The position numbers were made by a program, and so were the translations under genes. From Cyanobium sp. (lineage in GTDB: Bacteria; Cyanobacteriota; Cyanobacteriia; PCC-6307; Cyanobiaceae): 64,000 bases of DNA. The notes beneath the pieces are model-generated. The model searched no databases, was not told the origin of the DNA, and saw only the letters and a list, made by a program, of their open reading frames with translations. Location: NCBI GenBank assembly GCA_046081785.1, contig JBJTWN010000237.1, positions 343 to 64,342 of the forward strand. The letters are read 5' to 3'. Shown here one piece after another: positions 11,234 through 21,429 of this stretch (position 1 is the first letter of the stretch; each line of letters begins with the position of its first letter).

Positions 11234-13426
11234 ATGGCCGATCGGATCTTTATCAGCTACTCACATTCTGATTCAGCTTTTGTTCGCTGGTTGAGGGAAG
11301 AACTCAGAAAACGTGGCTATGACGTATGGTTTGATTCCAACTCGATTCAGATCGGCCAGATTTGGAGAGAAGAAATTGTTCAAGGCATTGAAGAAAGTGA
11401 CTACTTTATGATCATCCTTTCCTCTGGCTCTATCCAATCAGCAAATGTGGTCAAGGAGCTCTCATTAGCAGAGAGCTTTGGCAAAATTATTTTGCCGATT
11501 ATGATCGAAGACATTAGCATACCCGCCAAAATGAAATATCAACTTGCAGGCGTTCAGTTTATCGCTCTTGGCAGCAACAGGTCAGCAGAGAATCTTGATC
11601 TACTTGTAGAGGGATTACGGAATCAGGCTGTAGCCTCAGGCCGCGACTTTATGGCCTCGCGATTATTAAGTCGTGGATATGAATTGGAAAACTTAATTGG
11701 CCAATCAAATCAATCCACAACATACCGAGCCAAGGATCAGAAGCGTGGAAGGGATGTAGTGCTTAAGATTTATCCAGCCTCAGGCCCTTTTGTTCCGAAA
11801 TTTCAGGCAGAAGCCAAGAAGCTTGAGGCGCTAAGGCATCAAGGCTTTCCCCTGATCCTTGATCACTTTGAAGAGAGGAGCTGCTATTGCCTTGTTCAGG
11901 AATTAATAGAGGGCATGCCATGGAGCGCCATGCAATGGACCGGGGAAATGATTACGTTTCATGCGCGCAAGATTCTGACTCTTCTCTCTGTGATGCATGA
12001 CCAAGGAATTGTGCATGCAGATATTCGACCCGACAATCTGCTGCTTCTGCCAGGCACAAATGATTCCTATATAGTCGACCTCTCGCTAGTTCATACAGCA
12101 CTATTAATGAAGCAGACTTCTCTACAAAATCCAATCACGGGAAAAGATGATCAACGTTTACCCACCCGATCAATTGGTTTTGCAAGAAGTTTTTTTCAGG
12201 CCCCAGAATTTATTCGTTTTTCAGTGCTCACCCCTGCCATCGATCTCTATGGTTTGGGAGTCAGCCTGCTCATGCTTTGCAGCGGCAGCAATCCAGAGAG
12301 CCTGTATCAGCAAAATCTAGGCCAATGGCTGATGAGTGACCTTGACGACTCTGTCCGGCGCTGGTTAGCACCCATGCTTATTGATTCACCTTCCGAACGA
12401 GTGCAGCATGCAAAACAAGTTTTAGTGCTAATGGAACCTGATTCTTGCATTATTCCGCAAGATCCAAGACCAAAACAAGCCTGGTCAGTCAGCGCACCTG
12501 ATTCTCTGCTCAGCGCCCTTCCATCAGAGCTGTCTGGCGATGATCAGCCCGCTTCAAGCCCATGCAGAAAAGATCAACAACCGCTACCTCCTCTTACCAC
12601 CCCACCCAATTCACCAAAACCCATGGCGCCAAGCAACCTGGAGAGTGGTGAGCCGCGTTGGAGCCGGAATCGTTTGCTTGCTTGCCTGCTTCTTCGCATT
12701 GGTCCTGTTGCAGAGAGCATCCTACAACAATGGCCTGAGGATTTGGATGCATTGAATCAAGAGGCGCTAAGACATTCCTTTGTTGACATCGGCATTGATC
12801 CACTCGTCCTTGATGAATGCAAGGATCAAGCATCGTTCCACGCAAAGGATCAAGTAAATAATACCCCAATAGTCATGCCAATTCCCCCGCAAGCACCGCC
12901 ACCAGAGTCGGCGAGCCTTCTCGATTGGCTGCGTTTTGAAGTGGGTCCAATCGCCGACGTTTTGTGGGAGAGCAGCCTGAAAGAAGACCTAAAGAAAAAC
13001 CCTCATAAAGCACGATTGGAACTTGAGAGAATGGGAATGAAGCTTGACGTGATTGATCAGCTCTTCCAACGAGTTGTAACAGGTTTACTGCCAGCCCCAG
13101 ACCACTCCCGGCAGACATTAAGCAACGGACAAACCCAAGAGCCGCAACCTCCAGCCGAGAGCAAGCCTGAGGTTGTGCATCAAGCTGAGTCATCTGTCCC
13201 CCTTTCTGAATCGAAACGACCACCGCAGCTCCTAGAGGCTCAACTCGAATCAATCCTCCTCGACCTGATAGGCCCCATGGCTCATGCTCTGGTCAAGGAA
13301 GTCGCCTCGGTGGCCTCAGTGGAGGAAAGAGTGAAGCGACTCGTGACAAGGCTCCACCACTTGGGGGTCAGTGCGGAAATCGTGGAGACACTTGAGTCGC
13401 GGCTCAAGCCCTGGTCCCGGGATTGA
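11234..13426 (+). CDS. TIR domain-Ser/Thr kinase fusion with C-terminal helical repeats
   Basis: IFISYSHSD...VWFD...VVKEL (TIR); VVLK, VHADIRPDN, DLS, APE, DLYGLG (kinase); IGPVA/VGPIA/IGPMA repeats. Confidence 0.85.
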   Translation: MADRIFISYSHSDSAFVRWLREELRKRGYDVWFDSNSIQIGQIWREEIVQGIEESDYFMIILSSGSIQSANVVKELSLAESFGKIILPIMIEDISIPAKMKYQLAGVQFIALGSNRSAENLDLLVEGLRNQAVASGRDFMASRLLSRGYELENLIGQSNQSTTYRAKDQKRGRDVVLKIYPASGPFVPKFQAEAKKLEALRHQGFPLILDHFEERSCYCLVQELIEGMPWSAMQWTGEMITFHARKILTLLSVMHDQGIVHADIRPDNLLLLPGTNDSYIVDLSLVHTALLMKQTSLQNPITGKDDQRLPTRSIGFARSFFQAPEFIRFSVLTPAIDLYGLGVSLLMLCSGSNPESLYQQNLGQWLMSDLDDSVRRWLAPMLIDSPSERVQHAKQVLVLMEPDSCIIPQDPRPKQAWSVSAPDSLLSALPSELSGDDQPASSPCRKDQQPLPPLTTPPNSPKPMAPSNLESGEPRWSRNRLLACLLLRIGPVAESILQQWPEDLDALNQEALRHSFVDIGIDPLVLDECKDQASFHAKDQVNNTPIVMPIPPQAPPPESASLLDWLRFEVGPIADVLWESSLKEDLKKNPHKARLELERMGMKLDVIDQLFQRVVTGLLPAPDHSRQTLSNGQTQEPQPPAESKPEVVHQAESSVPLSESKRPPQLLEAQLESILLDLIGPMAHALVKEVASVASVEERVKRLVTRLHHLGVSAEIVETLESRLKPWSRD

Positions 13427-13496
13427 GGGGGTCCGCCAGGCTGGTCAAAGAAACTGCCAGTCTCTGTACCGTGCCTAACACTGCACCCATCAACCC

Positions 13497-13682
13497 ATGG
13501 CGAAAACCCCTACCCCCACCCCTTCTGCCCCTGAAGAGTCGTCGGGATTTATAAAATTGGCCATGCGCAACATGGTGCGCAAAGGACAGCAGAGCCTCTT
13601 TCATTTTGGCCTCACGGCCCTTGGACTAAGCGCTTTTCTGCTCTTGCTTGCCTGGCTTGGGCGACCCCGATTGCCCCTTTGA
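13497..13682 (+). CDS. DUF3285 small membrane protein
   Basis: FIKLAMRNMVRKGQQSLFHFGLT; typical neighbour of prfB/ybeY. Confidence 0.85.
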   Translation: MAKTPTPTPSAPEESSGFIKLAMRNMVRKGQQSLFHFGLTALGLSAFLLLLAWLGRPRLPL

Positions 13683-13714
13683 TTCGAGAATTGCAGGTTC
13701 TTGACAGCCAACCC

Positions 13715-14380
13715 ATGAATTCATCAGAGAATCTGCCCCTTAAGTGCGACATCCCCCCCCCTGAACCCCTCGACCTCACCACCTCCCCGCCACTGTTGGG
13801 AGGAGCCGAGGTGGATCTGGCCTTTCAGCTGGAACCAGAGGCCATGTTGGTGCAGGAAGCGATCCAAGATGGGGCCCCATCCCTGATCAACAACATGGAG
13901 GCTGAGGCCCTCTGGACCGGGGTGATCGGGGGATGGCTGGCGGCTCTCGCTCCCGAATTGCCCCCCCCGCTACGGGCACCGGCCTACAGCCTGGGCCTGA
14001 GCCTGGTGGATGACGCCACCATGGCCACCTTCAACCAAGCCTGGAGACAGCAGACAGGACCCACCGATGTCTTGGCCTTCGCCGCCCGGGAAGGCGCTCC
14101 GCCGCTCCCCCACCCACCCACACCAGCCGACCCTCTGGAGCTGGGCGATATCGTGATTTCCTTGGAAACGGCTGCGCGCCAAGCCAGCGAAGCCGGCCAA
14201 TCCCTTCAGCAAGAACTGCTCTTCCTGGCCAGCCACGGCCTGCTGCACCTCCTGGGCTGGGACCACCCCGACGAGGAGTCCCTGGCGGCGATGCTTCAGC
14301 GGCAGGACGATCTGCTTTCCAACACCTTCCCCCTTCCCGATGTGCCACTTGATTCTTGCCGTGGAGAATCTCCGGGTTAA
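13715..14380 (+). CDS. ybeY: rRNA maturation endoribonuclease YbeY
   Basis: PTDVLAF, LGDIVIS, HGLLHLLGWDH; start estimated. Confidence 0.9.
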   Translation: MNSSENLPLKCDIPPPEPLDLTTSPPLLGGAEVDLAFQLEPEAMLVQEAIQDGAPSLINNMEAEALWTGVIGGWLAALAPELPPPLRAPAYSLGLSLVDDATMATFNQAWRQQTGPTDVLAFAAREGAPPLPHPPTPADPLELGDIVISLETAARQASEAGQSLQQELLFLASHGLLHLLGWDHPDEESLAAMLQRQDDLLSNTFPLPDVPLDSCRGESPG

Positions 14381-14407
14381 GGTGCCGCAACAGCTGACCG
14401 GTGTGGA

Positions 14408-14884
14408 GTGGTTCAACCCGTTCCCGATCACCAGCCAACCCACCTCCACGAGGTGGGAGGTGAGCCTCACCGCAGGGGCCGCCGGATGAGAGCCGGAGCC
14501 TGGAAAATCGCAGGCGATCTTCCCTCCAGCTTCCGCTACGCCGCCCAAGGGTTGGCCTATGGCTTTGCCAGCCAACGCAATTTCCGCATTCATGTGGGAA
14601 TGGGCTTCATCGCTCTCTGCCTCGCTCTCTGGCTGGGGTTGAGTCCCGATCGCCTTGCGGTACTGGTGCTCACCGTGACGGCCGTGCTGGTGCTCGAGCT
14701 GCTCAACACCGCCACGGAAGCGGTGGTCGACCTGGTCATTGGTCGCAAATTCCACCCCCTGGCTCGCATCGCCAAGGACTGCGCTGCAGCGGCTGTTCTC
14801 GTGGCAGCCCTCTCCTCCTTGCTGATTGCGTTGCTCCTGCTCGTCCCGCCGCTGCTGCAGCGTTTGGGATGGATGCCCCTCTGA
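14408..14884 (+). CDS. dgkA: diacylglycerol kinase family protein
   Basis: [37 protein letters not shown]. Confidence 0.9.
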   Translation: MVQPVPDHQPTHLHEVGGEPHRRGRRMRAGAWKIAGDLPSSFRYAAQGLAYGFASQRNFRIHVGMGFIALCLALWLGLSPDRLAVLVLTVTAVLVLELLNTATEAVVDLVIGRKFHPLARIAKDCAAAAVLVAALSSLLIALLLLVPPLLQRLGWMPL

Positions 14885-14897
14885 GGACCTCTCCCTC

Positions 14898-15512
14898 ATG
14901 CTTTTGGTCCTCGACAACTACGACAGCTTCACGTTCAACCTGGTGCAATATCTGGGTGAACTGGCTCCGGCCCATCCTTTGGCCGCCAATGTGCGGGTGG
15001 AGCGGAACGACGCCCTCTCCGTTGCCGACATTCGGCAGCTGGCTCCAAGGGCCGTGCTCATCTCTCCAGGCCCCGGTGATCCCGATCAGGCGGGGGTTTG
15101 CCTTGAGGTGTTGCAAGAATTGGGACCCGAACTGCCCATTCTGGGGGTCTGCCTCGGCCATCAATGCCTGGGCCAAGTGTTTGGAGGGCAGGTGGTTCGC
15201 GCCAGCGAATTGATGCATGGCAAAACCTCTCCGGTGCATCACCGCGGCCAGGGGGTGTTTGCAGGCCTGCCGGAGCCGCTCACCGCCACCCGCTACCACA
15301 GCCTGATCGTCGACCGCCAGACCTTGCCTGAGAGTCTCGAGGTCACCGCCTGGCTGGCAGACGGAACCATCATGGGATTGCGGCATCGGCAGTGGCCCCA
15401 TCTGCAGGGCCTGCAGTTTCATCCGGAGAGTGTGCTCACCGAGGGGGGACATGCGCTGCTTGCCAATTTTCTCAGGCAAGCCGAGAGCTTTCCTGCCCTC
15501 CAGCGCTGCTAG
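14898..15512 (+). CDS. trpG: anthranilate/aminodeoxychorismate synthase component II
   Basis: DNYDSFT, SPGPG, GVCLGHQ, RYHSL, QFHPES. Confidence 0.9.
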   Translation: MLLVLDNYDSFTFNLVQYLGELAPAHPLAANVRVERNDALSVADIRQLAPRAVLISPGPGDPDQAGVCLEVLQELGPELPILGVCLGHQCLGQVFGGQVVRASELMHGKTSPVHHRGQGVFAGLPEPLTATRYHSLIVDRQTLPESLEVTAWLADGTIMGLRHRQWPHLQGLQFHPESVLTEGGHALLANFLRQAESFPALQRC

Positions 15513-15544
15513 CTTCGCGCCGCGACGCCACGCTTCCCCATCCC

Positions 15545-16291
15545 ATGCTTCCTACAACCATGCGTGTGTGCTCTCGCTGGGCTGCCCCTCCTCTGTTCGC
15601 TCTGGCTCTGCTGAGCGTCGGCCCTGCGGCCGAGGCCGCCGGTGGGGGAGTGAGGATCACCAGTTTCGGACACAGCGCCCTGCTGATTGAAGGAGGTGGG
15701 GCCCGCGTGCTGCTCAACCCCTTTCGGGCTGTGGGCTGTGCGGCCGGCCTGGAGGAGCCGCGAGTGAGTGCTGATGTGATCCTCGCCAGCAGCCGCTTGA
15801 AAGATGAAGGGGCCTCCGTTGCCAGCGGCCGACTGCTCAACAAACCGGGGTCTTACAAGGTGGCCGGCCTGCAAATCGAGGGCGTTGGCGTGCCCCACGA
15901 CAGAGTGAATGGCAGGCGTTTTGGGCAGTCCACCGTTTGGCGCTGGCGCCAAGGTGGCTTGGATTTCGCCCATCTGGGGGGCACGGCCGGGGCCATCAGC
16001 CCGGCTGACAAGGTTCTGTTAGGGCGGCCAGATGTGCTGGTGATCGGCGTCGGCGGTGGGGCCAAGGTTTATACGGGAGCGGAAGCAGCGGCGGTGGTGC
16101 GAGAGCTGAATCCTCGACGGGTCATCCCTGTGCAGTTTTTGCGTGGGGGACAACCCCCTGCGGACTGCGACCAGGGGGGGCTGCAGCCATTTCTCGAAGC
16201 CCTGGGCAACCCCAGTGTGCGGCAGGCAGGCGCCAGCTTGAGCCTCACGCCGCCTCTGCCCGAGGGCACGGTGGTGGAGGTGATGCGGTGA
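15545..16291 (+). CDS. MBL-fold metallo-hydrolase-like exported protein (metal ligands degenerate)
   Basis: Signal peptide; FGHSALLI, HDRVNGRRFG, AHLGG, VIPVQ. Confidence 0.8.
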   Translation: MLPTTMRVCSRWAAPPLFALALLSVGPAAEAAGGGVRITSFGHSALLIEGGGARVLLNPFRAVGCAAGLEEPRVSADVILASSRLKDEGASVASGRLLNKPGSYKVAGLQIEGVGVPHDRVNGRRFGQSTVWRWRQGGLDFAHLGGTAGAISPADKVLLGRPDVLVIGVGGGAKVYTGAEAAAVVRELNPRRVIPVQFLRGGQPPADCDQGGLQPFLEALGNPSVRQAGASLSLTPPLPEGTVVEVMR

Positions 16292-16363
16292 TCGGCTTCC
16301 CCAGCCAGAGAGTGGCGCACCACACCAACCACCTCGGGGTTTCGCCATAGCGTCCCGCCAGCC

Positions 16364-17524
16364 ATGACTCCACGGGTGCCATCAACATCGCTTTCGATTG
16401 CCATCGTGGGCGCAGGTAGTGCCGGATTGCTTCTGGCTGCGTTGCTTCATCGCCAGGGTCACAGGGTGCGGTTGTTTGAAAAAGCGGATCGCGTGCGCTC
16501 TGATGGCTGCGGCATCCTGCTCGTGAAAAGTGGCGTCGAAGCCATTGCCGCCAGTGGTCTGAAGGGATTGCTGGAGCGTCTGTTGGCCGAGGGGTTGCCG
16601 GTGAGCACGTTCGTGGTGCGCAACCTCCGTGGAGACCTGATCGAACGGGCCCCGGCAGAGCGGCAAGAGGGTGAACTTCCCTCTCTGTTGATCCACCGCC
16701 GCACGATTCTCGAAGCCCTCTCAGCGTGCCTTCCCCCGGAAGTGTTGGTCGCCAATGCGGAGCTGCTCAGCTGGTGCCAGCACAGCCATCCTTCGCCTTC
16801 CGTGGAGGCATTGTTCAGCGATGGCAGCCGCTGGCAGGGGGATCTTCTGGTGGGGGCCGATGGCTTGTTCTCCAAAGTGGCTCCCCTGGTGACGCCGGAG
16901 CGGCGCCTCAATTACCTCGGCGATCGCGTCTGGAGAGGGGTGGTGAAGGATGGCAGCTTCTGCCGGGATGGCGAGTTTTTCGTCTATGCCAGGGGCAGGG
17001 GGGTCTATGCCAACGTCTTCGACCTCGGCGTGGATCGCCAGGGCCAGCCCCTTACCCACTGGGGATTTTTCCAGGAAGAACCCCTGCCAGCCGAACGGGA
17101 CGAGCAGCGCCGCCTGCTCAGCGAACCGGTCCCCGAGGAGGCCCTGGCCAAGGTGGCCGCCGATCTGGCGAACCTGATTCGCCAAACCCCAGCTGAGGCG
17201 CTGGTGGCCAATTGGTCGTTCGACATCGATCCCCTGCCGCGCCTCCACACGGGTCGGGTGGTGTTGATCGGCGATGCAGCCCATGCCATGAGCTCCTCTC
17301 AGGCCAGAGGGATGACGGCAGGGCTGGAGGATGCCGTGGGTCTGGCGAGGGCGCTGAGTCCCCCAACTGTGGATGCCTCTGCCAACGATCTGGAAACAGC
17401 TTTAAACAGCTGGGCTTTCCAACGACTGCCCGTGGTGCATGGCTACCAGGAGCGCAGCAGAGCGGTGAGCGCCCGCACCGGCCGCAGGCGTCCTCCCCAG
17501 GTGATGGGGCCCAAAGCGAGTTGA
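16364..17524 (+). CDS. FAD-dependent monooxygenase
   Basis: IVGAGSAG, LLVGADG, LIGDAAHAM. Confidence 0.85.
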   Translation: MTPRVPSTSLSIAIVGAGSAGLLLAALLHRQGHRVRLFEKADRVRSDGCGILLVKSGVEAIAASGLKGLLERLLAEGLPVSTFVVRNLRGDLIERAPAERQEGELPSLLIHRRTILEALSACLPPEVLVANAELLSWCQHSHPSPSVEALFSDGSRWQGDLLVGADGLFSKVAPLVTPERRLNYLGDRVWRGVVKDGSFCRDGEFFVYARGRGVYANVFDLGVDRQGQPLTHWGFFQEEPLPAERDEQRRLLSEPVPEEALAKVAADLANLIRQTPAEALVANWSFDIDPLPRLHTGRVVLIGDAAHAMSSSQARGMTAGLEDAVGLARALSPPTVDASANDLETALNSWAFQRLPVVHGYQERSRAVSARTGRRRPPQVMGPKAS

Positions 17525-17551
17525 GGGTTTGCATCGCACATCAAGCACCCT

Positions 17552-18733
17552 TCAGCTTTCAGCTGCAGATCTCTTGGCTTCAATGGCTGTGTAAGCGCTC
17601 CAAAAACGCTGCATCTGGTCGATGGTGCCAATGCTCACCCGCATGGATCCGTCGATCAAAGGCTTGCCTGCCATCGAGCGCACAAGGATTCCGGCATTCC
17701 GCAGCTGCTGATCCATCTCCGCGACCGGGGTTTCGGGCCAAATCAACAGGTAGTTCCCCCCATCGACGTGATGGCGCACCCCCGACCGGGCCAATTCGCC
17801 GCTGAGCCATTCCTTCGCCTCAAGCACCGCCTCCACATAGGCATCCACGAAGGGTTGATCGGCTAAGGCAGCAACAGCGGCAATCACCGCGAAGTTGTTC
17901 ACGTCATAGGGACCTGTCACCCGACTCACCCGATCCACCACCTCCGGGCAGCCGATCGCAAAACCGATGCGCAGCCCAGCCAAGCCCGCTGTTTTGGAGA
18001 GTGAGCGGAGCACCACCAGGTTGGGGGCTCGGCCAAAAGCGTCTGCTTCCCCTGCGTCCGCAGCCCTCTCCGCCAGAAGGGGCAGCACGCTGTCGCCACT
18101 GAAAGCCTCGTAGAGCTCATCCACCACCACCAGGCATTGGGGGGCGGCGGCCGCCAGCTCAAGGATCCTTGCGGGGGCCAAACGGGTGCCGGTGGGATTA
18201 TTGGGGTTGCAGATCAGCAGGATCCTCGGGGCTGGACCATGGCCACCCTCCGCTTGGAGGACCGCCCGGATCTCCTCAAGCGGGAAGCTGAAACAGGGCA
18301 GGTGGTAGGGAATCGCCTCGATCTCCATCCCCTGCATTCGGGCACAGGGCGCGTAGTAACCGAAGGTGGGGGAGGTCGTCAGCAATCGATCGCCGGGGCG
18401 TCCATAGGAGTGAAAGATCGCGTGCAGAGCACCATCCACCCCGTTAAACAGACCCACATGGTGCGGGGTTAGGAGGCTTGAGGCTCCGCCCAGAGCCGTC
18501 ACCACAGCTTCTTGCAGCCCGTTGTATTCCGGATAGATCGCGTAATGATCTGCCGGAATGGCACGAATCGCGTCCACCACCCGGGGGCTAGGGCCAAGGG
18601 TGTTTTCATTGAAATCGAGTCTCAGCAGTCCGCGTCGACCCTCCAGCGGGGCGCTGTAGGCATGGAGACCCTCGACTTCCAGCCGGGCGGAGGGGGGGGA
18701 AAGCTCGAAACCCGTCGGCTGGGCAACGGCCAT
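17552..18733 (-). CDS. hisC: histidinol-phosphate aminotransferase family
   Basis: LDFNEN, CNPNNPTG, VDELY, RSLSKTAGLAGLRIG. Confidence 0.8.
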   Translation of the reverse strand: MAVAQPTGFELSPPSARLEVEGLHAYSAPLEGRRGLLRLDFNENTLGPSPRVVDAIRAIPADHYAIYPEYNGLQEAVVTALGGASSLLTPHHVGLFNGVDGALHAIFHSYGRPGDRLLTTSPTFGYYAPCARMQGMEIEAIPYHLPCFSFPLEEIRAVLQAEGGHGPAPRILLICNPNNPTGTRLAPARILELAAAAPQCLVVVDELYEAFSGDSVLPLLAERAADAGEADAFGRAPNLVVLRSLSKTAGLAGLRIGFAIGCPEVVDRVSRVTGPYDVNNFAVIAAVAALADQPFVDAYVEAVLEAKEWLSGELARSGVRHHVDGGNYLLIWPETPVAEMDQQLRNAGILVRSMAGKPLIDGSMRVSIGTIDQMQRFWSAYTAIEAKRSAAES

Positions 18734-18879
18734 ACAACTGCAGCCAATGGGCCTGTTGAAAGGGTACGCCTCGAAGGTCCAGCCTGGAACATCCCGCCAG
18801 GAGTTGCCCACTGGGCCTTGCCAAGCAGCCACTCCACAACTGACCATGGCTGTGCCGATTCCCTTTCGCCCTTCCTGCC

Positions 18880-19341
18880 ATGCCTGCCGAGCGCACCTTC
18901 CTCGCAATCAAGCCCGACGGTGTGCAGCGTGGTCTCGTCGGAGAGATCATCGGGCGCTTTGAGCGGAAGGGATTCAAACTTGTTGGGTTGAAGCAGCTCA
19001 CCCCAAGCCGTGAACTGGCTGAAAACCACTACGGCGTCCACCGGGAGCGCCCCTTTTTTGCCGGGCTTGTGACGTTCATCACCAGTGGCCCCGTCGTGGC
19101 CATGATTTGGGAAGGTGAGGGCGTCATCGCCGCAGCCAGGCTCATGATCGGCGCCACCAAACCGCTCGAAGCCGCTCCTGGCACCATCCGCGGCGATTTG
19201 GCCGTGAACATCGGGCGCAACGTGATCCACGGATCTGACGGAGCCGACACAGCCGCTTTTGAAATCGGCCTATGGTTTTCACCTTCCGAACTCAGTGATT
19301 GGACTCCCGCTGATCACTCCTGGCGAGTAGAGGCGGCTTAA
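18880..19341 (+). CDS. ndk: nucleoside diphosphate kinase
   Basis: [30 protein letters not shown]. Confidence 0.97.
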   Translation: MPAERTFLAIKPDGVQRGLVGEIIGRFERKGFKLVGLKQLTPSRELAENHYGVHRERPFFAGLVTFITSGPVVAMIWEGEGVIAAARLMIGATKPLEAAPGTIRGDLAVNIGRNVIHGSDGADTAAFEIGLWFSPSELSDWTPADHSWRVEAA

Positions 19342-19477
19342 CCAAAGCAACTTGAAGCACGCAACGGGCTCAAACCTTCTGCTTTTGAGAGTGTCCCTCC
19401 AAATGACAATCAGAGTCGGGAGAAGCTTAAATAGCTGATCTCGGCCCAACAGCTGCCCGATTGCTCAGACGATTGAC

Positions 19478-21391
19478 TTGACCAACCCTATCCTGTTCCC
19501 TCGCCGCCTGGCAGCTCGGATTTTGAGGCCATTTGTCGATCAGCAACCAGCAAACTTGCTGATCAGAGAGACAGCAAGAAGAGAGTGGAGACTCATTGTT
19601 TTGAGTTTTTTCTGCTCGCTTCTTCAGGCTTCAACGGAAGGATTGACCTTGGGCATGATGTTTCTTGCCGTGGATGTCCTTTCCAGACCAACGGGCAGCA
19701 CTGCAGGAATTGGCAACAAATTGATCGGTGCCAGCTCCTACTTCAATACCTTTCCAAACCTAGTAGAAAGACTTAACCAGATTTCAGTTTTTCAAGGTTT
19801 TACAATATTATTAAGTCTGGCACTTCTGTTGAAGCTAGTGCAGGGATTGGCCATATTTGTCGGAAGCGTATCTACTGGTTATTTTACAAATCGAGTTTCT
19901 AGTCGCCTGACCTCTCAACTGCACTCACATATTTTAGATTACACTTTCTCATGCGCTAGCCGCTACAGAGTAGGTGATCTGCAATATATCAATTCCGCAG
20001 GGCCAGGCGCGATTATTTCCCAAATCAATTCTTACAGTGGCTTAATCACAACGTTCTTGTTGTTGATCACTTATTTGTGCGTTCTCATACGTCTGTCACC
20101 ATGGCTATTGATCGCTGCAATTCTTCTCGGAGGGGCTTCTGCAATTGTCCAGCAATTTCTCCTGCCAAGAGTAGGGGCAAGGGCTCAAGTTGCCACAAAG
20201 CTTGGCACAGATCTTGTGAGCAAGATGACGGAAAACATACAAGGCTTGCGTCTTCTTCACACCAGTGGCTTCCTTAGAGAAGCCGCTCGTGACGTCGATC
20301 AACAAACAAAGAAACTTGAACAAAATTCCCGCAGTCAAGTCAGGCTTAATTCGATCAATGCCCCCATTACCATCGTGCTGCCAATCTTCATGATTGCAGT
20401 CATTGCATGGCTAAGCATTCTTTTCTTTGGTCAGCGCAGTTCAGGAATATTGCCCAGCTTGGTCACTTTTGTTGTTGCCCTTCAGCGACTCAATGGTTCC
20501 ATCGGCTCGGTGTCTGAAACCTTTTTGAGATTGAAGGCAAATGCGGCCAATCTCAAAGTATTGAATGATTTTCTCTTGACACATGACAAAGAGTTTCGGC
20601 GCAAATCAGGGAAGCCATATGAAGGTTTCAACAAAGAGATACGCCTTGAAGATGTCAGTTTGCAGTACTCCAAAGATTTGTCACCCGCCCTTCACTCAAT
20701 CGATATCATGATCCCCAAAGGTAATACTGTTGCATTGGTCGGAAGCAGCGGTGCTGGCAAAAGTTCCATCGCCGATCTTCTAGCAGGTCTATATGATCCG
20801 ACTGTTGGAGAAATTCTCATCGATGGGACGGAGCTTCAACGCTTCGATCTTGCGTCTTGGCAGAAGCGTATTGGGGTTGTAAGTCAAGACACCTTCCTGT
20901 TCAATGCGACCATTGCAGCAAATATTTCATTTGGCACTCCGGGTGCCAACCTCGAAGACGTCAAATGGGCTGCCCAACAAGCACAAGCCACAGGTTTTAT
21001 CGAAAACCTGCCTGATGGGTTCAATACTTTGGTTGGCGAACGCGGTTACCGACTCAGTGGTGGACAACGCCAACGCATTTCCTTGGCCAGGGCGATTCTT
21101 CGCCAGCCAGATTTGCTAATTTTAGATGAGGCCACGAGCGCACTAGACACTGAAAGTGAGCGACTTGTGCAGGAGGCCATTGACCGATTCGATAACAAAT
21201 ACACGATTCTTGTGATTGCCCACAGACTAAGTACCATCGTTAACGCTGATCAAATTTATGTGCTTGATCAAGGCCGGGTGATCGAGCAGGGCAATCACAG
21301 TCATCTCCTCCACCTCAATGGTCGATACTCCCGTCTCTGGCAGCAGCAAGTGAAAACCCGAAAGGCAAATACTCTTCCCCTTAGCAACTGA
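19478..21391 (+). CDS. ABC exporter, fused permease/ATPase (MsbA/HepA-like)
   Basis: TM domain; GSSGAGKS, LSGGQRQR, LILDEATSALD, IAHRLST; AT-richer than flanks. Confidence 0.9.
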   Translation: MTNPILFPRRLAARILRPFVDQQPANLLIRETARREWRLIVLSFFCSLLQASTEGLTLGMMFLAVDVLSRPTGSTAGIGNKLIGASSYFNTFPNLVERLNQISVFQGFTILLSLALLLKLVQGLAIFVGSVSTGYFTNRVSSRLTSQLHSHILDYTFSCASRYRVGDLQYINSAGPGAIISQINSYSGLITTFLLLITYLCVLIRLSPWLLIAAILLGGASAIVQQFLLPRVGARAQVATKLGTDLVSKMTENIQGLRLLHTSGFLREAARDVDQQTKKLEQNSRSQVRLNSINAPITIVLPIFMIAVIAWLSILFFGQRSSGILPSLVTFVVALQRLNGSIGSVSETFLRLKANAANLKVLNDFLLTHDKEFRRKSGKPYEGFNKEIRLEDVSLQYSKDLSPALHSIDIMIPKGNTVALVGSSGAGKSSIADLLAGLYDPTVGEILIDGTELQRFDLASWQKRIGVVSQDTFLFNATIAANISFGTPGANLEDVKWAAQQAQATGFIENLPDGFNTLVGERGYRLSGGQRQRISLARAILRQPDLLILDEATSALDTESERLVQEAIDRFDNKYTILVIAHRLSTIVNADQIYVLDQGRVIEQGNHSHLLHLNGRYSRLWQQQVKTRKANTLPLSN

Positions 21392-21429
21392 ATCTAGTAT
21401 TTCTGGGTGCAGGGCGTCTGCATTGGCCT

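Noticed and set aside
9249-13496. Mobile-element boundaries around the TIR-kinase islet
   Set aside because: No integrase, transposase, tRNA or flanking direct repeats found by eye
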